DNA of 64,000 nucleotides from Candidatus Deferrimicrobiaceae bacterium (GTDB lineage Bacteria; Desulfobacterota; Deferrimicrobia; Deferrimicrobiales; Deferrimicrobiaceae): NCBI GenBank assembly GCA_963792415.1, contig CAWBVY010000009.1:76629-140628 (forward strand), in the 5' to 3' direction. The notes below the pieces were generated by a model that did no database searches, had not been told where the DNA came from, and worked only from the letters and a program-made list of their open reading frames with translations. The translations under genes were made by a program, and so were the position numbers. This document shows, one piece after another, positions 31,599 through 40,762 of this stretch. Within the stretch, counting starts at the first letter, position 1, and each line of letters opens with the position of its first letter.

Positions 31599-31848
31599 TG
31601 CGACCTCCTTCAAGATGTGCCCGATGGCGGAACGACGGACACCTTTTTCACTGGAAAACCCTGCAACCGGCATTCCGGAAAGCCTTTTCGATAACCATTT
31701 GAAATAAAGACGAAATTTAACCCGTCGGGCATGCAGCGGTTGCATTTTCCGAACCCGGGCATGAGGAGATGACGAATTTGTATTCCATGGGTTCGGACGG
31801 GAGGGGGGATCGGAGTCCCCGCAACTGCCCGACGGTAAAGTGCCCTCT

Positions 31849-34002
31849 TCATGTCCCGGTCAATTCCAGTTCCGGATGCGTGGCCCCGCTTCTCCCCGCC
31901 TCAACCCGGTGGTACGCCTCCACGATCGTCGGGTCGAATTGCAGCCCCGCATTTTCCCGGGTATACCCGAGGACCTTTTCCCGCGACCAGCCGGGACGGT
32001 ACGGACGATCCGAAAGAAGGGCGTCGACGGCGTCCGCCACGGCGAGAATCCGCGCATGCAGGGAAATGGAAATCCCCGACAGGCCATTCGGGTACCCCTT
32101 CCCATCGAACCGTTCGTGGTGCTGGAGGACCAGGGGAAGGATCTTCTTCAGGTTCGGGACCGGCCGGAGAATCATCATCCCATTGGAAGGGTGTTTTTTA
32201 ATAACATCGAACTCCTCCTCCGTCAACTTCCCCGGCTTGTCGAGGATCGAGGGAGGAACGCCGATCTTGCCGATGTCGTGGAGCAGCCCGCCGCGTTGCA
32301 GCAGGTCGATCTCTTCCCGAGGCAATCCCAGTTCCCGACCGATGTCCATGGCCAGGGCGGTCACCCGTTCGGAGTGGCCCGCCGTCCAGGAGGAGTTGGT
32401 GTCCACGGTCCGGGCGAGAGCCTGCAAGGTTCCCAGATCGTTCTGGGAGAGCTCTTCAACGATTCTGGCCTGGCTCAGGGCGACGTTTACCTGGTCTGCG
32501 AGCTGACGGAGGCGATTCAGGGATTCGGGAGACGGTTCCGCAGGATTCCGGCAGCCGATGATGAGCACTCCCACCAATTCTTCCTTGAAAACGAGGGGGG
32601 AAAAGAGGAAGACCGCGGGCCGCGAGGGAGTCCATCGCGAAAGGAAATTGCCGAATTCGGCATCCTTCGCCACGATCACGTTCATTTTCCCGGAAAGCAT
32701 CCTGCGGATCTCGTCCGTGGAGAGAAACAGGATGGCCTTGCAGGTTACCGATGGGATGATGGACGTGTCCTCCCGGATGTAGGTGACCGCCGCGTTCTCG
32801 ACGACATCGGGGGCCAGGATGGATAATCCGATGCAATCGCAGGGAAAGACGTTGTTCACGTTGTCCAGCACCGCTTTGACGATCTTTTCTCTGGTCGTCT
32901 CGCCCAGGATCGCCTGGACCACCCGGGTCATTTCTCTCTGGATCCCGAATTCCCTGCCAATGTGGTTCGCCATCGTGTTGAACGACCGGGCCAGTTCCTC
33001 GAACTCGTCCCCGCTCCGGATCGCGATGCGGCTGTCGAAATCCCCCCCGCTGATGCGCCGAGTCCCCTCCTTCAGCACGGCGAGGGGGGCGACGCCTCTG
33101 CGGACAAGCACGTGGGCGAAAAAAATGGTAATCAGCATGACGAGGAAGATGTACATGAAAAGATTCCGCGTGAAGCTTTTCGCGGCGGCGAATGTTTCCG
33201 CTCTGGGCTGGCTGACCACTACGAGCCAGTCATCGGATAAAAAGGCCGGTTTCAGGAAAATCGCGGCATGGTCGACCAGCAGGGTCCCGGATCCCTGTCC
33301 CCATTCGAAGTTTCCGGCGGGTCCCTTATGACGCTCCTGTTCGATCCGCCCGAGGACCCCGACAGGCGTGGGCTGGGTCTGAAAAAGAGGCACTCCCTCC
33401 GGAGACAGGATGGCAACCTCCGCCACCGGTGGAACAGCGTCCCGCACGCGTCCCCAGAGAAAGTCGGGATTCACCTCCGAGACCAGGAATTCCCTTTCCG
33501 GGGCTTTCCCCCGAATTGCGTGGGCCAGGAAGACGCGGGAGGACCCATCGGCGTTCCGTTGCAGGTAGAGCAGTCCATTGCCGGAGGCGAGATGGTTCCG
33601 TGCGGCGCTGGTCTGCGGAGGGGGTGGACAGGGGTTCCCGTACAACGTTTCCGTCCGGGGGGGGGAGGCATGGAAGAAGCGGGTCGCGCCGAGAAGAACC
33701 CGGTTGTGGAACAACCAGCCCCAATCCGACGATCGACTGGAGGTGGTAACCGTCCCGTCCCCCAGGAGGCCGGCGAGGAATTCCACCTCGGTCTCAATGG
33801 TAGAAATCCCCCCGTGGATCGACATCCCGATCTCCCGGCTCTGAACCCGCATCTGTCGCATCGTTTCCTGGTGGAACTTCTCCTCCACCTGACGGAGCGA
33901 AAAATAGCCGAAGACGGCTCCGGGCACCACGATGCAAAGGGTGAACAGGAGGAGGAGCCGGTGCCCGAAGGAAAAGCGAAAATGGGAAAAGACGGAAGGC
34001 AC
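31849..34002 (-). CDS. Membrane HD-GYP phosphodiesterase (periplasmic sensor, HAMP, GAF)
   Basis: HSERV, LHDIGKIG, HHERFDGKGYP; DEFEELARSFNTM HAMP; start uncertain. Confidence 0.9.
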   Translation of the reverse strand: MPSVFSHFRFSFGHRLLLLFTLCIVVPGAVFGYFSLRQVEEKFHQETMRQMRVQSREIGMSIHGGISTIETEVEFLAGLLGDGTVTTSSRSSDWGWLFHNRVLLGATRFFHASPPRTETLYGNPCPPPPQTSAARNHLASGNGLLYLQRNADGSSRVFLAHAIRGKAPEREFLVSEVNPDFLWGRVRDAVPPVAEVAILSPEGVPLFQTQPTPVGVLGRIEQERHKGPAGNFEWGQGSGTLLVDHAAIFLKPAFLSDDWLVVVSQPRAETFAAAKSFTRNLFMYIFLVMLITIFFAHVLVRRGVAPLAVLKEGTRRISGGDFDSRIAIRSGDEFEELARSFNTMANHIGREFGIQREMTRVVQAILGETTREKIVKAVLDNVNNVFPCDCIGLSILAPDVVENAAVTYIREDTSIIPSVTCKAILFLSTDEIRRMLSGKMNVIVAKDAEFGNFLSRWTPSRPAVFLFSPLVFKEELVGVLIIGCRNPAEPSPESLNRLRQLADQVNVALSQARIVEELSQNDLGTLQALARTVDTNSSWTAGHSERVTALAMDIGRELGLPREEIDLLQRGGLLHDIGKIGVPPSILDKPGKLTEEEFDVIKKHPSNGMMILRPVPNLKKILPLVLQHHERFDGKGYPNGLSGISISLHARILAVADAVDALLSDRPYRPGWSREKVLGYTRENAGLQFDPTIVEAYHRVEAGRSGATHPELELTGT

Positions 34003-34007
34003 GAAGG

Positions 34008-34568
34008 CTACGGATCGTACGTCGACGCCTTGCCGACGAAGGCGCCGTCGTTGGCCCGGACGATATCGTCCCGGCTGGGCCCGCTCGTAAGCGGTTTGTT
34101 GCTCTGCCCATCGGGCCCCATGCTGTACAGGTCGAAGTCCGAATTGATGGGGACAAGGTTGTGATCCCTGCGCGCTTGAGGCAGGTTTCCGGGGAACCCG
34201 GAAAGGGGCAGATACTGGTACGGGTGGCCCCAAGGGTCGATGAGAGGGAGGGCGATGCCGAAGTTGATCTGAGCCAGGGTGACCGGCAAGGCGCCTTCCA
34301 TATTTGCCCCGGCGAGCCGCGATGCAATGAATTTGAGGTCGGAGATGGCGGTAGCTTCCTTGGTCTTCTCGAGATAGCGGAGATAGCTGGGTACGGCGAT
34401 AGATGCGAGGATTCCCACGATCGCCACGGCGATCAGGATTTCGACGAGGGTGAACCCGTTTTTCCCCCGGTGGGAGCGAACCGTGTCAGACCGGCAGGAG
34501 GCGCGATCCGGTTCCGGGGGATTGCGGCGATATCTTCCCACACAAAGGGATGCGGGAATTTTTTCCAA
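34008..34568 (-). CDS. Prepilin-type (GspG-like) pseudopilin
   Basis: G|FTLVEILIAVAIVGILASIAVP; DPWGHPY; LYSMGPDG; start uncertain. Confidence 0.88.
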   Translation of the reverse strand: MEKIPASLCVGRYRRNPPEPDRASCRSDTVRSHRGKNGFTLVEILIAVAIVGILASIAVPSYLRYLEKTKEATAISDLKFIASRLAGANMEGALPVTLAQINFGIALPLIDPWGHPYQYLPLSGFPGNLPQARRDHNLVPINSDFDLYSMGPDGQSNKPLTSGPSRDDIVRANDGAFVGKASTYDP

Positions 34569-34750
34569 AAAGGGCTCCCTTCCGATCCGGAACGAGCGGC
34601 ATCCCGGGGATTACAGATGTTTCCATGGGTGTTTATCGGCAACCGTTTGAGAATATTCAGTCTTTTTCGATATCACCGAAATGGCATGGAGATGGACTTC
34701 CGCCGGTTTTTCCGACGACTGCCCGGGCAAAATCGCGGGGCCATCGAACT

Positions 34751-34822
34751 GCCCCGGTTCACGCCGCATTTCCGGATGCAATCCTCAACAGCGCCTTCGC
34801 GTGGAGAGGAGGATGCGATGTC
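34751..34822 (+). repeat. 72-bp direct repeat copy 1 (thioesterase promoter, RBS and ATG)
   Basis: 69/72 identical to 44597-44668. Confidence 0.95.
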
Positions 34823-34918
34823 CGCCGGCGGGAACCTTTCCCCGAACAAACGCCATCTGTTAATTGGTCCTTGTCGTACCGAAGGGCCGGGAATCCATTC
34901 GGGATCACGGAGAAGCCG

Positions 34919-35647
34919 ATGGGAAATCATCTCGAGGGAGCGGCGGATACGCCCCTCATCGAACTGCGCGCGCTGGCGAAGAGTTACCCCGAGGGGGGAA
35001 GCAAGCGGGTCGTGTTCCGGGATCTCTCCGCCAGGATCCGCCGGGGGGAAACGGTGGCCCTCCTCGGTCGCAGCGGCTCGGGGAAATCGACCCTCCTGAA
35101 TCTCATCGGCGGCATCGACCTCCCTACCGCCGGCGAGGTGCTCCTCGACGGGACGAACCTCACGGCCCTCTCCGAGCAGCGGCGGACCCTGTTCCGCCGT
35201 CGCCACATCGGCTTCGTCTTCCAGTCGTTCAACCTCATCCCCACATTGACGGCGGTCGAGAACCTGCTCCTCCCCCTGGAACTGAACGGCGCCTCCGGGG
35301 GGCGGGCACGCGCGACGGCGCTGGACCTCCTCGAGAGGGTCGGTCTCGCCGACCGGGCCGGGACGTACCCGGACCGCCTGTCGGGCGGGGAGCAGCAGCG
35401 TGTCGCGGCCGCCCGCGCGGTGGTCCACGACCCCGCCATCCTGCTGGCGGACGAGCCGACGGGGAGCCTCGACGCAGAGACGGGAAAGCGGGTCCTCGAG
35501 CTTCTCGTCGGCCTCGCGCGCGACGACGGGAGGACCATGGTGGTCGTGACGCACAGCGACGCCGTGGCCCGGGCCGCCGACCGGGTTCTCGTCCTCAGGG
35601 ACGCCCGCCTCTTCGAGGAGACGCTGAAGGGGGGGGCGCCGGCGTGA
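34919..35647 (+). CDS. ABC transporter ATP-binding protein (LolD/MacB-type)
   Basis: GRSGSGKS, LSGGEQQR, ADEPTG. Confidence 0.93.
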   Translation: MGNHLEGAADTPLIELRALAKSYPEGGSKRVVFRDLSARIRRGETVALLGRSGSGKSTLLNLIGGIDLPTAGEVLLDGTNLTALSEQRRTLFRRRHIGFVFQSFNLIPTLTAVENLLLPLELNGASGGRARATALDLLERVGLADRAGTYPDRLSGGEQQRVAAARAVVHDPAILLADEPTGSLDAETGKRVLELLVGLARDDGRTMVVVTHSDAVARAADRVLVLRDARLFEETLKGGAPA

Positions 35648-38181
35648 TCCTCCGGCTCGCCGGCCTGCGGCACCTTTCCCGGCATCCCCTTCAACTGGCG
35701 CTCGGCGTCTTGGGCGTGGCCCTCGGGGTGGCGGCGGTCTTCTCGATCGACCTCGCCAACGAGAGCGCCCGGCGCGCCTTCCGTATCTCCGCGCAGACCG
35801 TCGCCGGGAAAGCGACCCACCGGATCGTGGGGGGTCCTTCCGGGCTGGAAGAGTCGCTCTACGCGACGCTCCGCCGCCAGGGGGGGATGCGGACGATCGC
35901 CCCGGTCGTCGAGGGGTACGCCCGTGTTCCCGGGCATCCCGGGTTCACCCTCCACATCCTCGGGGTCGACCCGTTCGCGGAGGCCCCGTTCCGGAACTAC
36001 ACGCGGGGGACGGCGGCGGGCGCCGACATCCCCCGCTTCCTGACGCGCCCCGGGGCGGTGCTCCTCCTCGAGGAAACGGCGAAGCGGATGGGGGTCTCGC
36101 CGGGAGACGTTCTTCCGCTACGGGTCGGCCTCGAACCCGCTTACGCCACGCTGTCCGGCTTCCTCCGTCCGGGGGACGACGTGACCCGCCAGGCGCTGGA
36201 GACGACCGCCGTTGCCGACATCGCGACGGCCCAGGAGCTCCTCGGCAAGGTGGGACGTCTGTCCCGGATCGACCTTCTGGTCCCCGGGGGGGCCGGGGAA
36301 GAGGCGGCCCTTTCCCGGATCCGGGGGAGCCTTCCCCCGGAAGCGGAGATCGTTCCCGCCGGCGCGCGCGGCAACGCCCTCGACCAGATGACCCGGGCCT
36401 TTTCCCTGAACCTGAGCGCCTTGAGCCTCCTCGCCCTCGTGGTCGGCACGTTCCTCGTCTACAACACGATGACCTTTTCGGTCCTGCAGCGCCGGCAGCT
36501 CGTGGGGACGCTGCGGGCGCTCGGGGTCACCAGGGGGGAGGTGTTCGGGCTGATCCTCTCCGAAGCGGCGGTCCTCGGCGCGGCGGGGACGGTCCTCGGT
36601 CTTCCCCTCGGGTACTTCCTCGGCAAATTCCTCCTGGAGATGGTCACCCGCTCGATCGGGGACCTGTACTTCGCCCTCTCCGTCCGGGAGGTTTCGGTGA
36701 CGGCGGCGACGCTCCTCAAGGCCGTCGGCCTTGGGACCTTCGGCGCGGTCGCGGCGGCCCTGGTACCCGCCCACGAGGCGACCTCCACCCCGGCCCGGGA
36801 CGTGATGCGCCGTTCCGCCATCGAGACGGGGGTCCGCAGGATCCTCCCGGCGATATCGGCAACGGGGGCCGGCCTGATCCTGCTGGGAGCGGGGTTGCAG
36901 TTCTACCCCTCCCGAAGCATCCTCCTGTCCTTCGGCGGACTGTTCTCCATCGTGGCGGGGTATGCGCTCCTCGCGCCGGGCGCGACCACGCTCCTGGTCC
37001 GGGGGATCCAGCCGGCGCTGACCGCGGCCTTCGGGACGCAGGGAACGATGGCGGCCCGGAGCATCCCGGCATCGATCAGCCGCACGGGGGTGGCGGCCGC
37101 CGCCCTCGTGGTGGCCGTGTCCACCACGGTAGGGATCGGGATCATGGTCGGCAGCTTCCGCCGGACGGTCTCCGACTGGCTCGATCAGTCGCTCCGGTCG
37201 GACATCTACGTCTCTTCCGCGGAGGACCGCAGGGGTCCCGAACGAACGCCCCTCCCGCCGGACCTGATCGCGGGCGTATCCTCCGCCCCCGGGGTCTTCC
37301 AGGTCGCACTCGTCAGCCGAACGACCCTCGAGTCCGCCTCGGGGTTCACGGAGCTGTTCGTGATGCGGACCCCACGGGAGACATTCGACGCCTTCCGCTT
37401 CCGCGAGGGAGACGCCCAAACCGCGTGGGAGGCGATGCACGGCGGCGCCGTGATCGTCTCGGACCCGTACGCGTACCGGCACGGATTGCGGAAGGGGGAC
37501 ACGGTGCGCCTGCGCACCGATCGGGGAGAGCGGGAGTTCCCCATAGCGGGAGTCTATTACGACTACAGCTCGGACCAGGGGCTGCTGGGGATCCTCGGGG
37601 AAACGTACGAACGGTTCTGGGACGACCGGGGCGTGGATTCGATCGGGATCCGGCTCTTGCCCGGGATTCCGGCCGACGCCGCGATCGGACGGATCCGGGA
37701 GATCGCGGGCGACCGGCCGGTCCTGATCCGCTCCAACCGGTCCCTGCGGGAGGCGTCGCTACGGGTCTTCGACCGGACCTTCGCGGTGACGAACGTCCTG
37801 CGTTTCCTCACGGTCCTCATCGCATTCGTCGGGGTACTGAACGCCCTGATGGCGATCCAGATGGAGCGCGGCCGGGAGCACGCGGTGCTCCGGGTCCTCG
37901 GGCTCACCCCCCGGCAGGCGTGGGGACTGGTCGCGGGGGAGTCCGCCGTGATCGGACTGGTCGCAGGGGTTCTCGCCGTCCCGCTCGGGGCGGCGCAGGC
38001 GCTGGTGCTCATCCGGTTCATCAACCGCCGCTCCTTCGGGTGGACGATGCAGACGTTCGTCGACCCATGGATCCTGCTCCAGGCCGTGGCGCTGGCCCTG
38101 GCCGCCTCCCTTCTCGCCGGGATCTACCCGGCGACCCGGCTGGCGCGCTCCTCACCCTCGCGGGCGCTGCAGGAGGAGTGA
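35644..38181 (+). CDS. FtsX/MacB-like ABC permease (AttF/G-like)
   Basis: Two FtsX repeats (LRALGVT, LRVLGLT), INRRSFGWT. Confidence 0.88.
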   Translation: MILRLAGLRHLSRHPLQLALGVLGVALGVAAVFSIDLANESARRAFRISAQTVAGKATHRIVGGPSGLEESLYATLRRQGGMRTIAPVVEGYARVPGHPGFTLHILGVDPFAEAPFRNYTRGTAAGADIPRFLTRPGAVLLLEETAKRMGVSPGDVLPLRVGLEPAYATLSGFLRPGDDVTRQALETTAVADIATAQELLGKVGRLSRIDLLVPGGAGEEAALSRIRGSLPPEAEIVPAGARGNALDQMTRAFSLNLSALSLLALVVGTFLVYNTMTFSVLQRRQLVGTLRALGVTRGEVFGLILSEAAVLGAAGTVLGLPLGYFLGKFLLEMVTRSIGDLYFALSVREVSVTAATLLKAVGLGTFGAVAAALVPAHEATSTPARDVMRRSAIETGVRRILPAISATGAGLILLGAGLQFYPSRSILLSFGGLFSIVAGYALLAPGATTLLVRGIQPALTAAFGTQGTMAARSIPASISRTGVAAAALVVAVSTTVGIGIMVGSFRRTVSDWLDQSLRSDIYVSSAEDRRGPERTPLPPDLIAGVSSAPGVFQVALVSRTTLESASGFTELFVMRTPRETFDAFRFREGDAQTAWEAMHGGAVIVSDPYAYRHGLRKGDTVRLRTDRGEREFPIAGVYYDYSSDQGLLGILGETYERFWDDRGVDSIGIRLLPGIPADAAIGRIREIAGDRPVLIRSNRSLREASLRVFDRTFAVTNVLRFLTVLIAFVGVLNALMAIQMERGREHAVLRVLGLTPRQAWGLVAGESAVIGLVAGVLAVPLGAAQALVLIRFINRRSFGWTMQTFVDPWILLQAVALALAASLLAGIYPATRLARSSPSRALQEE

Positions 38182-39354
38182 ATGTCGCCCCGACGGGTCG
38201 CAGGCCTGGCCGCGCTGTGCGCGGCCGCTCTCCTCGCCTCCGGCCTCTTCCTGTGGCGCGCCCTGGCTCCGCGCCCCGCGCCCTCGTCCCCGGCCGCGTC
38301 CGTGACCGCCCTGCTCGGAGGGGAAGAGCCGGGCGGCTTCGCCCGCGCAACCGCCCCCCGCGAATTCCGGTTCCCGGCCGACCACGGCCCGCACCCGGAG
38401 TTCCGGCACGAGTGGTGGTACTTCACCGGCAACCTCCGGGCGGCCGGGGGGCGGCGCTTCGGATACCAGCTCACCTTCTTCCGCTTCGCACTCTCCCCCC
38501 GCCCTTCCGACCGGCGGTCGCGGTGGGCGACGACCCAGGCGTACATGGCACACTTCGCCGTCACCGATGCGCAGGGAAACCGGTTCCACCACTTCGAGCG
38601 GACCGGGCGCGGCGCCCTCGGACTGGCCGGGGCGACCGCGCGCCCGTTCCGGGTATGGCTCGACGACTGGTCGGCGGAGGGGGGCGAACCCTCCACCCTG
38701 CCGGTCCGCTTGCGAGCCGCTGAAGGAGGTGCGGGGCTCGACCTCGTCCTCGACACCACAAGGGCGATCGTGCCCCAGGGGGACCGGGGGCTCAGCCGAA
38801 AAGGCGCCGCCCCGGGGAACGCGTCGCACTACTACTCGATGACCCGGCTCTCTACCCGCGGAACCGTGCGGGTCGACGGCGTTTCGTTCCCGGTGGAGGG
38901 GAATTCCTGGCTGGACCGCGAATGGGGGACCAGCTCCCTGGAGAAGGGGCAGGTGGGATGGGACTGGTTCGCCCTTCAGCTGTCGGACGGAAGAGACCTG
39001 ATGTTCTATCGGCTCCGCCGCGAGGACGGCGGGACCGACCCGTTCAGCGCCGGCACGCTGGTCTTACCGGACGGCGCTGTCCGGCCCCTTTCCGGCGACG
39101 ACGTACGGATCGAGACCCTCGGATACTGGAAGAGCCCGGAGAGCGGTTCGCAGTATCCGTCCCGCTGGCGATTGGTGCTCCCGTCCGAAGGGCTGGAGCT
39201 GGAAGTCGTCCCTCGCATCGCGGACCAGGAACTGCGGACCGCCGTCCGGTACTGGGAAGGGGCGGTCGGGGTGCGTGGGACGTCCCGCGGGGAACCGGTC
39301 GAGGGGGAAGGGTACGTCGAGCTGACGGGGTACGGGGAGACGGCCGGGCGCTGA
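38182..39354 (+). CDS. AttH/CrtC-like lipocalin-fold protein
   Basis: FPADHGPHPEFRHEWWYFTGN, WLDREW, YWEGAV, GYVELTGY. Confidence 0.9.
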   Translation: MSPRRVAGLAALCAAALLASGLFLWRALAPRPAPSSPAASVTALLGGEEPGGFARATAPREFRFPADHGPHPEFRHEWWYFTGNLRAAGGRRFGYQLTFFRFALSPRPSDRRSRWATTQAYMAHFAVTDAQGNRFHHFERTGRGALGLAGATARPFRVWLDDWSAEGGEPSTLPVRLRAAEGGAGLDLVLDTTRAIVPQGDRGLSRKGAAPGNASHYYSMTRLSTRGTVRVDGVSFPVEGNSWLDREWGTSSLEKGQVGWDWFALQLSDGRDLMFYRLRREDGGTDPFSAGTLVLPDGAVRPLSGDDVRIETLGYWKSPESGSQYPSRWRLVLPSEGLELEVVPRIADQELRTAVRYWEGAVGVRGTSRGEPVEGEGYVELTGYGETAGR

Positions 39355-39359
39355 CCGGA

Positions 39360-39378
39360 CTATCGCCTCGCCGCAACC
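39360..39378 (+). repeat. 19-bp exact copy of the 3' end of the RPH-like gene (40763-40781)
   Basis: ctatcgcctcgccgcaacc at both sites. Confidence 0.8.
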
Positions 39379-39427
39379 CGTCGGGATCTTGGGAATCCAA
39401 TGGAAGGGATCTCCTTCGGAAAGGGTA

Positions 39428-40018
39428 GTGAACCGCGTGAAACCGTTGATTGCCGCCGCGGCCGGGTGGACCCTGGGGATGCTGGTCACGGCTTGCGGGC
39501 CGTCATTGCCGCCCCTGGAGACCGTTCCGCGAGTCGATATCCCCCGCTTCATGGGGGACTGGTACGTGATCGCCAACATCCCGACGTGGATCGAGGAGGG
39601 GGCGCACAACGCCGTCGAGTCGTACCGACTGGACGCGGACGGGACGATCGTGACGACGTTCACCTTCCGCAAGGGAGGGTTTGACGGCCCCGTGAAAACG
39701 TACAACCCCAGGGGCTTCGTCCTCGATCCCGCTTCCAATGCCACGTGGGGAATGCAATTCCTGTGGCCGTTCAAGGCCGAGTACCTGATCATCTACCTCA
39801 ACGAGGATTACACCCAGACCGTCATCGGGCGGAGCAAGCGCGACTACGTCTGGATCATGGCCCGGACCCCCGATATGGGGGAGGTGGACTACCGGCGGAT
39901 CACGGACTGGCTGGGCACCCTTGGCTACGACACCGGCCGGCTCCGCCGGATCCCGCAGCGCTGGCCGGATTCACCGAAAGACCCGGCCTCGGGGCCGTTG
40001 GAAGGGTCGGGCAGGTGA
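39428..40018 (+). CDS. blc: Bacterial lipocalin lipoprotein
   Basis: Lipobox VTAC; RFMGDWYVIA; YVWIMARTP; start approximate. Confidence 0.9.
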   Translation: MNRVKPLIAAAAGWTLGMLVTACGPSLPPLETVPRVDIPRFMGDWYVIANIPTWIEEGAHNAVESYRLDADGTIVTTFTFRKGGFDGPVKTYNPRGFVLDPASNATWGMQFLWPFKAEYLIIYLNEDYTQTVIGRSKRDYVWIMARTPDMGEVDYRRITDWLGTLGYDTGRLRRIPQRWPDSPKDPASGPLEGSGR

Positions 40019-40038
40019 CGATTGGTGCAACCGGGGGA

Positions 40039-40698
40039 ATGTGCGTGGAGAACGGCCGGATACGATTTCGTCCTACCCGCGGGAGGATCGGGAAAACGTT
40101 TCTACCCGTCCTGGTAATTGCCGCGTTTTTCCTTGGGGGGTGCGCCACGGTGCCCGAGCCGTCCCACAAAGTCTTGTCGAGGAACGACGGCTACGAGGTG
40201 CGGGAGTATTCCGGGTATCTTGTGGCCGAAACCACCGTGTCGGGGCCGTGGAAGGAGTCCCTCAACGAAGGGTTCCGCCGCCTTTTCTCCTACATTTCAG
40301 GGAACAACGAGGGCCGTGCCAAGGTGGCGATGACCGCTCCCGTCCTCTCCGGCGAGCCGGAGAAGATCGCGATGACGGCACCTGTGCTCCAGGAGACGGG
40401 GACCGGCGACCTGCAGGTCGTCTCCTTCATCGCCCCGTCCTCCTACACGTTGGAAACGATCCCGGTGCCCAAGGACCCGCGGATCCGAATCCGGCAGGTC
40501 CCACCCTTCATCGCGGCGGTCCTCCGTTACGGCGGCTGGACCGATCCGGAAACGATCGAAAGGAAAACCGGAGAGCTTCGATCCATGCTCTCCCGGGATG
40601 GGAAAACCCCGGTCCCGCCGTTCCTTTCCGCTCAATACAACCCGCCGTGGACGATTCCCCCGTTCCGGCGCAACGAGATCATCGTCAGGATCCGTTGA
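40039..40698 (+). CDS. SOUL heme-binding lipoprotein
   Basis: LGGC lipobox; GFRRLFSYISGNN, IAMTAPV, YNPPWT..RRNE. Confidence 0.9.
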   Translation: MCVENGRIRFRPTRGRIGKTFLPVLVIAAFFLGGCATVPEPSHKVLSRNDGYEVREYSGYLVAETTVSGPWKESLNEGFRRLFSYISGNNEGRAKVAMTAPVLSGEPEKIAMTAPVLQETGTGDLQVVSFIAPSSYTLETIPVPKDPRIRIRQVPPFIAAVLRYGGWTDPETIERKTGELRSMLSRDGKTPVPPFLSAQYNPPWTIPPFRRNEIIVRIR

Positions 40699-40762
40699 CC
40701 TCCGGAACCTTTCCCGCGATCCACCCATCGGTTCAAGGAAAAAGGACGGGCCCGGATCGGGC

